Notes under the pieces: generated by a model | What the model was told of the DNA's origin: nothing | Seen by the model: the letters and a program-made list of their open reading frames with translations, nothing else | Databases searched by the model: none | Program-made: the position numbers and the translations under genes | Assembly: GCA_963776245.1 (NCBI GenBank) | Contig: CAVZLN010000004.1 | Coordinates: forward strand, 96,001-160,000 | Reading direction: 5' to 3' | Length of the DNA: 64,000 bases | Origin: Candidatus Eiseniibacteriota bacterium | GTDB taxonomy: Bacteria; Eisenbacteria; RBG-16-71-46 | In this document: piece by piece, positions 10,944 to 20,516 of the stretch | Position numbering within the stretch: position 1 is the first letter of the stretch | Layout of the letters: every line of letters begins with the position of its first letter

Positions 10944-12047
10944 ATGACCGCGCAGCCGTCCGGTGACGCGCTCGTACGCGGCACGCGCGGGCCGCGCGCG
11001 GGGCGGGAGGAGGGCATCCTCGCGATCCGCCCGCGCGCGCTCGGTGACGTGGTGCTCGTCACGCCGGCCCTGCGGGCGCTCAAGCGCGGCGCTCCCGGGA
11101 CCTCGCTCGAGGTGGTGACCGAGGCGCGCTACGCTCCCCTGCTCGAGGGACTTCCCTTCGTGGACCGTGTCTGGACGCTGGAGCGCACCCTGGCGGGCAC
11201 GCTCTCCCTCGCCGCCGCGCTGCGGCGGAGACGCTGGCGCGTCGCGGTGGACTTCTTCGGCAATGCCCGCACGGCGCTGCTGACCCGCGCCAGCGGAGCG
11301 GGACTCACCGTGGGATACGACGTGCGCGGACGCGGTATGGCGTACATGCGGAAGGTCCCGCGTGCGGGGCTGCCCGCCGCGGGGGCGCCCGAGTACTCGG
11401 CCGCCACCCATCTGCGCCTGGCGCTGGCGGCGGGCGGGACCGACACGGGACTCGAGTGCGCCGTCGCGCTGGCCCCGGGCGCGGCGGAACGGGCCAGCGG
11501 GCTGCTGGCCGCCGCGGGCGTGAGGCGGCCCGCGCGCACGGTCGGGCTGGTCGCGGCCGGCACCTGGCCGACCAAGACGTGGCCCGCCTCGCACGCCGGA
11601 GTGCTGGCCCGCCGGCTGCTCGGGGCGGGCTGGGAAGTGGTGCTGCTGGCGGGCCCGGGCGAAGAGCGGGTCAGCGCGACGGTGCGCGGCATCGCTCCCG
11701 GCGTGGCGGTCCTGCCGCCCTGCGATGTCGCCGGCCTGGTGGCGGTGATCGCGGTGCTCGGCGCGGTGGTGGGCACCGACAGCGGTCCTCGTCACGTCGC
11801 CGCGGCGCTCGGCGTCCCGACCTTCGCATGGTTCGGTCCCACCCATCCGGCAGGCTGGACCCCGCCGGGGCCCGCGCACGCCTACTGGTGGACGGAGCTG
11901 CCCTGCCGGGGTTGCGATCGCACCACCTGCACCCACTGGAACTGCCTGCCCTCGCTCGCCCCGGCCGCGGCCGCGGAGCGGGTGCTGGCGCACCTGGAGA
12001 GCCATGGACGAATCGGCGCCGATCACGGTCCTGCTGCTCGCGCGTGA
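10944..12047 (+). CDS. Glycosyltransferase family 9 (heptosyltransferase-like)
   Basis: ALGDVVLVTPAL, TKTWP, GTDSGPRHVAAALGVPT-FGPT, C-terminal Cys cluster. Confidence 0.88.
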   Translation: MTAQPSGDALVRGTRGPRAGREEGILAIRPRALGDVVLVTPALRALKRGAPGTSLEVVTEARYAPLLEGLPFVDRVWTLERTLAGTLSLAAALRRRRWRVAVDFFGNARTALLTRASGAGLTVGYDVRGRGMAYMRKVPRAGLPAAGAPEYSAATHLRLALAAGGTDTGLECAVALAPGAAERASGLLAAAGVRRPARTVGLVAAGTWPTKTWPASHAGVLARRLLGAGWEVVLLAGPGEERVSATVRGIAPGVAVLPPCDVAGLVAVIAVLGAVVGTDSGPRHVAAALGVPTFAWFGPTHPAGWTPPGPAHAYWWTELPCRGCDRTTCTHWNCLPSLAPAAAAERVLAHLESHGRIGADHGPAARA

Positions 12048-12774
12048 CGAGACGCGTCACCTCGAGGCGCTGCTGCCGACCCTCGGCTTCGCGCGCGAGG
12101 TCGTCGTGGTGTGGGACAGCGCGGGGACTGCGGACACCCGCGCGGTGGCGGAACGTGCGGGTGCGCGGGTGTTCAGCCGCGCGCTCGACGGCTTCGGTCC
12201 GCAGCGCCGCTTCGCGCTCGAGCAGTGCACCCAGCCGTGGGTGCTGTGGATCGACGCCGACGAGCGGCTGGATGCCGCGGCGGTCGCGGCGGTGCGCCGC
12301 ACGGTGGCGGAACCGGCGGGCGCGGTCGGGTTCGAGATCCTGCGGCGCACCTGGTTCCTGGGGCGTCGGATCCGTTTCTGCGGGTGGCGGAACGACCACG
12401 TGCTGCGGCTGTTCCGCCGCGACTGCGCGAGCTTCGACGACGCGCGGGTGCACGAGCGCGTCGCCGTGCGTGGCGGGGCCATCGGACCGCGGCTCGACGG
12501 CGTGCTCGAGCACTTCAGCTACCAGACCTGGGACGACTGCACGGAGAAGCTGACGCTCTACGCGCGGGCCGGTGCGGAGCAGGCCTGGCGCGCGGGGCGG
12601 CGGGCCGGCCCGTTGGGTGTGTTGCTGCGCCCGGCCGCGCGCTTCGTGCGGCAGTACGTCCTGCAGGGGGGGTTCCTCGACGGGACGCGCGGCCTGCTGG
12701 TGTGCGCGCTCGCCGCCACCCAGGTGTTCCTGAAGTACGCGGAACTGTGGTCCCGGTCGCGGCGCGCCGAGTGA
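12004..12774 (+). CDS. Glycosyltransferase family 2 (WaaE/LgtF-like)
   Basis: WVLWIDADERL, LRLF, VHE, YVLQGGFLDGTRG. Confidence 0.88.
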   Translation: MDESAPITVLLLARDETRHLEALLPTLGFAREVVVVWDSAGTADTRAVAERAGARVFSRALDGFGPQRRFALEQCTQPWVLWIDADERLDAAAVAAVRRTVAEPAGAVGFEILRRTWFLGRRIRFCGWRNDHVLRLFRRDCASFDDARVHERVAVRGGAIGPRLDGVLEHFSYQTWDDCTEKLTLYARAGAEQAWRAGRRAGPLGVLLRPAARFVRQYVLQGGFLDGTRGLLVCALAATQVFLKYAELWSRSRRAE

Positions 12775-12886
12775 GCGGGCGCCCGATGGCCGGTCCCGGA
12801 CGCGGGGCAGGAGCCGGCTCGGAGCGCTGGCCCGCGTCTCGCTAGTCCGATCGAGCGCTCCTGTCGAGGCTCGTGACGGCGCGTCC

Positions 12887-12916
12887 TTGACGCTCCTTCA
12901 AGGCTGGGAGTAGTTT
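12887..12916 (+). promoter_or_regulatory. sigma70-type promoter for rseP
   Basis: TTGACG-N18-TAGTTT; AAGGAG SD follows. Confidence 0.65.
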
Positions 12917-12950
12917 GGCGAACACCTTCCCACTCAAGGAGTTGCCATTC

Positions 12951-14357
12951 ATGTCGGATGCCTTCCAGCAGCTTCCACCACTGGTCCGAACCGTGGTCCC
13001 CGGAGTGGTCGTGCTGGGCCTGGTGATCTTCGTGCACGAGCTCGGCCACTTCCTCGCCGCCAAGTCGTGCAAAGTGAAGGTGCTCGCCTTCGCGCTCGGC
13101 TTCGGGCCGCGGCTGTTCGGATGGGTGCGGGGCGGGACGGACTACAAGGTGCTGGCCGTGCCGCTGGGCGGGTTCGTGCAGATGGCGGGGGACGCGCCGC
13201 TCGAGGACGGCCGCATGCCCGAGGGTCGGGAGCAGTTCCTGTCCCACCCATGGCCGGGGCGGGCCTGGATCGCGCTCGCGGGCCCGCTGGCCAATCTGGT
13301 GACGGCATTCCTGACGCTGGTGGTGGTGGCGTACGTCACCGGCATGACGTTCGCGGACTCGCCGAACGTGCTGGGCACCACCGCCGACACCAGTGCCGCG
13401 TACGCGGCCGGCTTGCGCGAGGGAGACCGGATCGTGGCGCTCGACGGCGCTTCCACGGCTTCCTGGGTGGCCATCTTCCAGGCCAACGAGCGCGCCCGGA
13501 AGGACCGGCCCGCCGCGCTCGCCGTGGAGCGCGCGGGGGAGCGCCTCGAGGTGACCGTCCCGCCGGCGGAGCGCGAGCGCGTGCTGATGTCCCTGCGCCC
13601 GGTGGCCGACCCGCCGGTGATCGGGATGGTGGTGGCGGGGATGCCGGCGTACAAGGCGGGGCTCCAGGAGGGCGATCGTGTCCTCGCGGTGGATGGCCGC
13701 GCGGTCCAGGTCTGGTCCGATCTTCCGCAGGCGCTGCGCGGCCGGGTCGACAGCAGCGTGACGCTCAGGCTCCTGCGCGGCGACCAGGCCTTCGAGGTGA
13801 AGGTGAAGCCGATGTCGGACGGCAGCGGCGGCGATCGCGGGCTGATCGGCATCGAGGCGCCACGCCACGATGTGTTCGTCCAGCGCTACGGGCTGGTCGA
13901 GTCGCTGCGGTTCGGGGTCCTGGCGACCGGGCAGGTGGTGGCGAACGTGTACGGCGGGCTGTGGATGACCATCGCCCGTCCGCTCTACTACCGGGAGTAC
14001 ATGGGCGGTCCCCTGTTCATCGCCCAGGCGGCCAGCCAGCAGGCCCGCCGCGGCCTCGACGCGCTGCTCCAGTTCTTCGCCACCATCAACGTGGCCATCA
14101 TGGCGTTCAACCTGATGCCGCTGCCGGTGCTGGATGGCGGTCACATCCTGCTGGCGCTGTTCCAGGCGGTGCGCCGGCGCGCGCTCTCGGCCCGGGCCTA
14201 CATGCGATTCCAGAAGGTCGGGCTGGTGGTGCTGGGCACCCTGTTCGTCATCATCCTCGCCAACGACCCGCTGCGCCTGCTCCAGCGCCAGCGCGCCCTG
14301 AACCGCGGGCCGCAGACGGTCCCGCACGAGCGGACGGTTGCGCCCCCGGCGCGCTGA
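12951..14357 (+). CDS. rseP: RIP metalloprotease RseP (M50, two PDZ domains)
   Basis: HELGH, AGPLAN, two AGLxxGD PDZ signatures, FNLMPLPVLDGG. Confidence 0.95.
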   Translation: MSDAFQQLPPLVRTVVPGVVVLGLVIFVHELGHFLAAKSCKVKVLAFALGFGPRLFGWVRGGTDYKVLAVPLGGFVQMAGDAPLEDGRMPEGREQFLSHPWPGRAWIALAGPLANLVTAFLTLVVVAYVTGMTFADSPNVLGTTADTSAAYAAGLREGDRIVALDGASTASWVAIFQANERARKDRPAALAVERAGERLEVTVPPAERERVLMSLRPVADPPVIGMVVAGMPAYKAGLQEGDRVLAVDGRAVQVWSDLPQALRGRVDSSVTLRLLRGDQAFEVKVKPMSDGSGGDRGLIGIEAPRHDVFVQRYGLVESLRFGVLATGQVVANVYGGLWMTIARPLYYREYMGGPLFIAQAASQQARRGLDALLQFFATINVAIMAFNLMPLPVLDGGHILLALFQAVRRRALSARAYMRFQKVGLVVLGTLFVIILANDPLRLLQRQRALNRGPQTVPHERTVAPPAR

Positions 14358-16335
14358 CGCGGGGCCCCGTCGCCAGCGGTTCCGCGCGTTCGCCGTCGCC
14401 CTGATCGCGCTGTCGCTCGAGGGCGCGCCCGCCCACGCCCAGGTCCCCTTCCCGACCGAGTTGCAGACGGTGTCGCGCGTGCGCTTCGAGGGCCGCCACG
14501 CCGTCACCCCGCGCGAGCTCGTCGCGGCGATGAAGACCAAGCCACCGGCGCTATGGCCCTGGCGCGAGCACCCGCGGCTGCGGCGCGACTTCCTGCGCGC
14601 CGACACGCTGGCGATCGAGATGCTCTACCGCCAGCACGGCTTCCTCGACGCCCGGGCCTCGGCGGTGGTGACGTCCGAGCGGCGCAATCCGCGCCGGGCG
14701 GTGATCACGTTCCGGATCACGGAGGGGCGCCGCATGCGCATCCGCGCCGTGACCTTCACCGGCACCGCGGCGGTGACGCCGGAGGTGCTGAGGCGGCTGG
14801 TGTACGCGCGGCCCGGCCGCGCCTTCAATCCCGCGTACCTGGTGGCAGACACGGCGCGGATCGCCGACGCCTATCAGGAGCGCGGCCACCTCGCGCACGC
14901 CAGCGCGTCGGCGGAGCGCGAGTCCCTCGGGGTGACCGTGCGCTACTCCATCCTCGAGGGCCCGCTCTACACGGTGGGGCGGGTGTACGTCTCGAGCCCG
15001 GGCGTGGTGCGGGTCGACTCGAGCCTGGTGCGTCGCGAGCTGCTGCTGCGCGAGGGTGACGCCTACCGGAAGTCCCGGGTCGAGCGCTCGCTCGAGCGGC
15101 TGTACGGCACCGGCCTGTTCGGCCAGGCGCAGATCTCGGCGCTGCCGGACTCGGCGCGACGCGTCATCGATTTCGACCTGCGGGTGGTGGAACGCAAGCC
15201 GCGCTGGCTCGACGCCGGCGTCGGCAGCGGCTCCGCCGAGCGCTTCCGCTTCACCGGCGAGTGGGGGCATCGCAATCTCGCGGGGCAGGGCCTCAACGGG
15301 GTGCTCGGCTCGCGGGTCGCCTTCGACGACCGCGGGAAGTTCCTGCTCACGCGCACCACAGCGTCGCTGGTCCAGCCGTGGCTGTTCGGGACCCGCACCC
15401 GCGGCGGCATCTCGCTCTACTTCGAGCGCCGCGACGACCGGGCGGACGACCGCTGGATCGTGGGACAGGACGCCAAGGGCATCGCGTTCCAGGCGTATCG
15501 CGAGCTCGGGCGCCGCGGCCGCATCAGCATCACCCAGGACAACGTGTTCGTGATGCAGCACGTCACGTTCGACCTGCAGCGCCTGCGCAACGCGGGAGTC
15601 GTGCTGCCGGACACCACGCTCGACTCGCTGTTCGCCGCCGTGAAGCCCTCGTACGCCACCCACCGCCTCACCTTGAGCGGACTGCGCGACCGCCGTGACG
15701 ACCCTCTGATGGCCACTCGCGGATCGGCGCAGGTGCTGAGTGCGGAGATCGCCGGCGGCCCCCTCCAGGGCGCCAGCAGTTTCACCAAGGGCGTGCTGGC
15801 GTCCTCGTGGTACACGCCGTTCGCCAATGGCTGGGTGCTCGCCACCCGCGCCAGCGGCGGAGCCATCCGGCCGTTCGGCAAGGACCGCCGGTTCACGCCC
15901 GGCCTGGGCATCGATCCCGAGGTGGCGCGGGTGCCGCTCGAGAACCGGTTCCGCATCGGCGGGGTGAACTCCGTGCGCGGGTTCCGGGAGAACGAACTGA
16001 CGCCCTCCGGCGGGCTCGCCATGGCACTGGCCGGAGCCGAGCTGCGGGTGCCGGTGGCGGGTCCCTTCGGGATCGAGGTGTTCGTGGACACCGGAAACGT
16101 CTGGGCCCAGCCCGGACACGTGAAATGGAAGCACTTCGTGCCGAGTCGCGGTCGCAGCGTGCCCGACCCCGGCGACCTGCGCACCGTGTTCGGCGCCGGC
16201 GGCACGCTGCTGCTGCCCTTCGGCCCGCTGCGGGTGGATCTCGCCTGGAGCGCGCGGCCGGTGGGCGCGGACGCCGCCGGCCGGCCGGTGTGGCTGGTGT
16301 GCGAGCCCCAGTTCGCCATCGGACCTTCGTTCTGA
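14338..16335 (+). CDS. Omp85-family protein with POTRA domains (TamA/BamA-like); start uncertain
   Basis: POTRA-like repeats (YRQHGFLDA, RLYGTGLF), GGVNSVRGF L6 motif, FGPLRVD, terminal Phe; followed by TamB-like gene. Confidence 0.85.
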   Translation: MRPRRADAGPRRQRFRAFAVALIALSLEGAPAHAQVPFPTELQTVSRVRFEGRHAVTPRELVAAMKTKPPALWPWREHPRLRRDFLRADTLAIEMLYRQHGFLDARASAVVTSERRNPRRAVITFRITEGRRMRIRAVTFTGTAAVTPEVLRRLVYARPGRAFNPAYLVADTARIADAYQERGHLAHASASAERESLGVTVRYSILEGPLYTVGRVYVSSPGVVRVDSSLVRRELLLREGDAYRKSRVERSLERLYGTGLFGQAQISALPDSARRVIDFDLRVVERKPRWLDAGVGSGSAERFRFTGEWGHRNLAGQGLNGVLGSRVAFDDRGKFLLTRTTASLVQPWLFGTRTRGGISLYFERRDDRADDRWIVGQDAKGIAFQAYRELGRRGRISITQDNVFVMQHVTFDLQRLRNAGVVLPDTTLDSLFAAVKPSYATHRLTLSGLRDRRDDPLMATRGSAQVLSAEIAGGPLQGASSFTKGVLASSWYTPFANGWVLATRASGGAIRPFGKDRRFTPGLGIDPEVARVPLENRFRIGGVNSVRGFRENELTPSGGLAMALAGAELRVPVAGPFGIEVFVDTGNVWAQPGHVKWKHFVPSRGRSVPDPGDLRTVFGAGGTLLLPFGPLRVDLAWSARPVGADAAGRPVWLVCEPQFAIGPSF

Positions 16336-16337
16336 CG

Positions 16338-19300
16338 ATGACCCGCCCGCCCGATCCGCACCCGCCCGCACCCGGTGAGCCGGGTCCCGAGCCCCACGAG
16401 CACCACGGTCTCGCGGAGGAGATCCGCGAGGAGATCGCGGAGGTGGTCGAGCACGTCCCCCGGCCGGTGAGGTGGACGGTCGCGCGGATCGTGTGGCTCG
16501 TGGTGGCGGGCATCGTGCTGGTGCTGGGGGTGGCGGTGGTGACCGGGATCCTCTACGTCACCCGCCGCACCGAGTGGGTGGCGCAGGAGCTGAGCCTGTT
16601 CGTCAATCACACTCTCACCGCGCGCAGCGACGTCACCGTCGAGCTGAAGGACGTGCGCGGCGACCCGTTCGGCGACCTGACCCTGGTCCAGCCCCGGATC
16701 CGCTTCCGGGACGGCGACCTGCCGCCGCTCCTCGCGGCGGACCGGATCGTGCTCGGGTATTCCGCGTGGGCGCTGCTCACCGGCCGGGAGCGGTCGCTGG
16801 AGGTGCGGGTGGAGCACCCGACCGTGCGGATCTCGCGCGGGAAGGACGGGCACATCCGGTGGCCGAGATGGGAGGCGGGCCCGCGCGGCCCGGCGGGCAA
16901 GCCGGTGGACGTGCGGGTGATGGTGCACGGCGGACGCGTGGTCGCGCCCGCCGGCCTCGAAGGGGTCGAGGGAGTGGAGCTCGAGGTCGGCGTGCGCACC
17001 GGGAAGGTGCTGCGCGCGCGCGTATCGCACCTGTCGTGGACGCACGGCCCGTTCGGCGCAGTCCTCGAAGCGCTGCGCGCCGACGCGGTGGTGGACGACA
17101 GCGTGCGCGTCACGGTGGCCGAGCTGCGCGGCCCCGAGCTGGCACTGAGCGGGCGCGCCGCGTGGGCGCGCACGGGCACCGAGAAGACCGTCCATCTCGA
17201 CGTGACCCGGCTGCGCTGGGGGCTGCTCGCGCGGGTGTTCAAGAACCGCGCGCTGGAGGTCCCGGGCGAGGGCGCGCTCACGCTCGACGCGCGCGGCGAC
17301 CGGAAGTGGCGGGGGGACTTCCGCAGCGCGCTGACGTGGAACGGGCTCGCGGCGGCGGGCACCGGGACCGGCACCTGGGACGGCACCCACCTGCGCCTCG
17401 AGCCGCTCGACATGGACTCGAAGGCAGGAGCGCTGCGCGGCTGGCTCACCTACGTGAAGGAGGGCTGGGCGATCGGGGGCGACGTGGAGCGCGGCGACCC
17501 GGCGCAGTGGGGGGCGATCCGGATCCCGGGCTGGCCCGCGGGCGATCTGAACGGACGCTTCCACTACGCGGTGGACACCCGGGTGAAGGGCCGGGCGTCG
17601 TCGCGCCTCGACGCGAGTCTCGGCGGCTCGCTGCTGGCCGGATGGCGCGTGGACAGCGCGCGCGTCGGAGTGGACTTCCCCTACCGCATGCCGGTGCGCT
17701 TCACCGTCGAGACGCAGCGCCGCGGCGGAGGGTTCGGCCTGGTGGCGGCGACCACGGCGTCGGGATGGGGTGGCACGTACGTGGTGCACGATCTGCCGCT
17801 CGAGGAGTGGCCGGACGGGCGGGCCTCGGGCCTGCGCGGGATGCTGAGGCAGGGTTCGGGGACCGTGCGCGCCGATTCCCTGGGGCTGTTCGTGACCGGT
17901 GCGCTCGACGGCACGGGCACCACCTGGCTCGGCATGCAGAGCGCCCGCTGGCGGCTCGACGGCGTCGATGGACGGCTGCTTCCGACCCCCCAGCTCGGCG
18001 CCACCGCGCACCTGCGCGACGTGATGTACCTGGGTGCGCACTTCGACAGCGCCGCGGTGGCGTTCGCGCTCGGGGATCGGATGGTGGCGCTCAACCAGGT
18101 CCGAGCCGAGGCCGCGGACACGGTGGTGGTGGCGGATGGACACGCGCGCTGGGACCGGGACCGGTGGGCGCTCGACCTCGACCATGCCGAGGCGCGGAGC
18201 GCTCAGTTCGGATGGAAGGCCGATCCTCCGGTGCGCCTCGCGGGCGACCCGAAGGGGGTGGACTTCCTGCGTCTCGAAGCGCGCGACGGCGACGCGCGAC
18301 TGAGGATCGCGGGGCGCTGGGCGGCCCCGGGCGGGACCTACGATTGGGACTTCAGCGGCACCCACCTCCAGCTGGGCCGGCTCGGGCTCCCGCTGGAGTG
18401 GGGGCTCACGGGCAGCGCCGCGGTCCGCCTCGAGGTGCGCGGCGTGCCGGGGGATCCGCGCTGGACCTTGATCGCCGACGCCTCGCGCCCGGGCATGCGC
18501 GGGCACGCCGCGGACTCCGTGCACGTGACCCTCGCGGGCGGGCCTTCGCGCGCCGAGCTGCGCGATGGACGGTTCGAGCTCGGGGAGGGACGGCTGGCCG
18601 GCACGCTGAAGTTCAGCGGCACCCCGGCGCCCTGGCCCGATACGCTCACCGCCGCGGGCGTGACCCGCTGGCTCGCCACCGCGACGCGGTGGGAAGGGAC
18701 ATTCCACGCCGACCGCCTGCCGGTGGAGCGGGTCCAGGCGTTCGTCCCCGACGCGCGGGGATTCGCGGGGGCGCTCACCGGGACGCTCGAGGTCGGGGGC
18801 GGGCCCTCGCGGCCGGAGCTGACGCTCGACGCGTCGGTCCGGGAGCCGCGCTGGCGGGACTTCGTGGCCGAGGACCTGCATGCCGTGGCGGGCTACCGCG
18901 ACGGCCGGCTGACGGTCCGCTCGCTGCGGCTGTCGCAGCGCACGTTGTCCTCGGAGATCAACGGTTCGATGCCGCTCCGGCTCGCGCTCGGCCGGCCGGT
19001 CGAAGTGCCGGAGGACTCCATGTCGTGGCGGCTCGCCATGCCCGTGGGCGACCTCGGGCTGGTGCCCCTGTTCGTCCCCCAGGTGGCGTCGGCGCGCGGA
19101 CGGTTCGACGCCCAGGCGAGTGTGCAGGGGAGCGCGCGGCACCCGCGGCTGTCGGGCTTCGCGCGGATCCGGGACGGAGCGGTGAGGCTCGAAGGGCGCG
19201 AGGAGGTGCTGGAGGGGCTCACCGCCGACCTGCACTTCAGCGAGTCGCGCATCAACGTGGACTCGCTGGTCGCGCGCCAGGGCGCGCGCGGGCGCGTGGC

Positions 19301-20414
19301 GGGCGGGGGGGTGGTGGAGCTGCGGGGCCTGGCGCTCAAGGGCTATCGCTTCGATCTGCGCCTGCGGGACTTCTCGGCGGTGGAGCAGGGACTGTACGCG
19401 GCGGCGTTCGACGGCGACTTCGTGGTGACCAATGGTCCCCGGGTGCACGGTCAGACCCTCCCCCTGGTGGTGGGGGACGTGCGGCTCGACCGGGCCGCGA
19501 TCCTGTTCGACTTCGCCAACCAGAGCGAGATGCAGCGGCTGGCGGCCACGACGCAGCCGCTGTTCTGGGTCTACCGCGTGCGGCTCAACGCCAGCGACAA
19601 CCTGCACTGGCAGCCGCCCAACGGCGACATCGAGTTCAGCGCGGACCTCACCGTGGAGCAATCGACCGATTCGCTGCTGGTGTTCGGCGACATGAGCGCG
19701 CTGCGCGGCAGCTACTGGTTCCTCTCCAACCGTTTCACCATCGATCGGGCCGACCTCACCTTCGACAACGTGAGCGGCGTGGACCCGACGCTCGACGTCG
19801 AAGCCACCACCCGGATCACCGCGGGGCCGGAGCCGGGCCTGGCGGGCGGCAACCTGGAGCGGGCCACCACCCACGTCGTGACGGCGAGCATCGTGGGCCG
19901 CTCGAGCAAGCCCACGATCACGCTGTCGGACGACCTGAGCGCGTGGGACCAGCCGCGTATACTGCGCGAGCTCACCCTCGGCACCGGGGTCGGTCTGACC
20001 GCCCAGCTCAGCGATCCGCTCGACAACTACGTCACGCGCGCGCTCAATCGCACGCTGTCGGCGGAGATGTCGCGCCTGTTCCAGGGCTACGTCAGCGAGT
20101 GGGCGCTCGATCGCGAGCGCGGCGGGCTGTTCACCGGCACTGGGGACCTGGTGGCCACCGTGGGCGTGCCGCTGGGGAAGAACCTGTCGGTGCGTTACCG
20201 GAGCCGATTCGGCCTCCCGGGCAGCGAGTCGCGGCCCCTGACCGGGGCCACGGACGACCTGTTCGATCGGAACGTCGAGGCCGAATACCGGCTCAATCGC
20301 TTCTTCTACGTGACCACCGAGTACATGCTGAGGCGGTTCGGGAACGGGAGCACCACCACCGGGCCCGGCACGCAGGACATCAACGTGAACCTGAAGGCGC
20401 GCTGGGAGTACTGA
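16338..20414 (+). CDS. TamB/AsmA-like large beta-rich protein
   Basis: N-terminal TM anchor, about 1350 aa of amphipathic beta strands, C-terminal AEYRLNR...ARWEY typical of TamB. Confidence 0.8.
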   Translation: MTRPPDPHPPAPGEPGPEPHEHHGLAEEIREEIAEVVEHVPRPVRWTVARIVWLVVAGIVLVLGVAVVTGILYVTRRTEWVAQELSLFVNHTLTARSDVTVELKDVRGDPFGDLTLVQPRIRFRDGDLPPLLAADRIVLGYSAWALLTGRERSLEVRVEHPTVRISRGKDGHIRWPRWEAGPRGPAGKPVDVRVMVHGGRVVAPAGLEGVEGVELEVGVRTGKVLRARVSHLSWTHGPFGAVLEALRADAVVDDSVRVTVAELRGPELALSGRAAWARTGTEKTVHLDVTRLRWGLLARVFKNRALEVPGEGALTLDARGDRKWRGDFRSALTWNGLAAAGTGTGTWDGTHLRLEPLDMDSKAGALRGWLTYVKEGWAIGGDVERGDPAQWGAIRIPGWPAGDLNGRFHYAVDTRVKGRASSRLDASLGGSLLAGWRVDSARVGVDFPYRMPVRFTVETQRRGGGFGLVAATTASGWGGTYVVHDLPLEEWPDGRASGLRGMLRQGSGTVRADSLGLFVTGALDGTGTTWLGMQSARWRLDGVDGRLLPTPQLGATAHLRDVMYLGAHFDSAAVAFALGDRMVALNQVRAEAADTVVVADGHARWDRDRWALDLDHAEARSAQFGWKADPPVRLAGDPKGVDFLRLEARDGDARLRIAGRWAAPGGTYDWDFSGTHLQLGRLGLPLEWGLTGSAAVRLEVRGVPGDPRWTLIADASRPGMRGHAADSVHVTLAGGPSRAELRDGRFELGEGRLAGTLKFSGTPAPWPDTLTAAGVTRWLATATRWEGTFHADRLPVERVQAFVPDARGFAGALTGTLEVGGGPSRPELTLDASVREPRWRDFVAEDLHAVAGYRDGRLTVRSLRLSQRTLSSEINGSMPLRLALGRPVEVPEDSMSWRLAMPVGDLGLVPLFVPQVASARGRFDAQASVQGSARHPRLSGFARIRDGAVRLEGREEVLEGLTADLHFSESRINVDSLVARQGARGRVAGGGVVELRGLALKGYRFDLRLRDFSAVEQGLYAAAFDGDFVVTNGPRVHGQTLPLVVGDVRLDRAAILFDFANQSEMQRLAATTQPLFWVYRVRLNASDNLHWQPPNGDIEFSADLTVEQSTDSLLVFGDMSALRGSYWFLSNRFTIDRADLTFDNVSGVDPTLDVEATTRITAGPEPGLAGGNLERATTHVVTASIVGRSSKPTITLSDDLSAWDQPRILRELTLGTGVGLTAQLSDPLDNYVTRALNRTLSAEMSRLFQGYVSEWALDRERGGLFTGTGDLVATVGVPLGKNLSVRYRSRFGLPGSESRPLTGATDDLFDRNVEAEYRLNRFFYVTTEYMLRRFGNGSTTTGPGTQDINVNLKARWEY

Positions 20415-20516
20415 GCCCCGGGGAGGGCCGAACCCTTGCGGGACCTGGCGCGTCTCGAAGGGTGTTATGGTGGAAGTGGTCGGATGGTGACCCCGGGCGG
20501 TCGAAAGGACGAAGGC

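Noticed and set aside
10940..10945. TAGAAT -10-like box before GT9
   Set aside because: It overlaps the ATG itself and has no properly spaced -35.
12771..12845. Mini-ORF starting at the GT2 stop
   Set aside because: Ends far from rseP with no coupling and has no coding signature.
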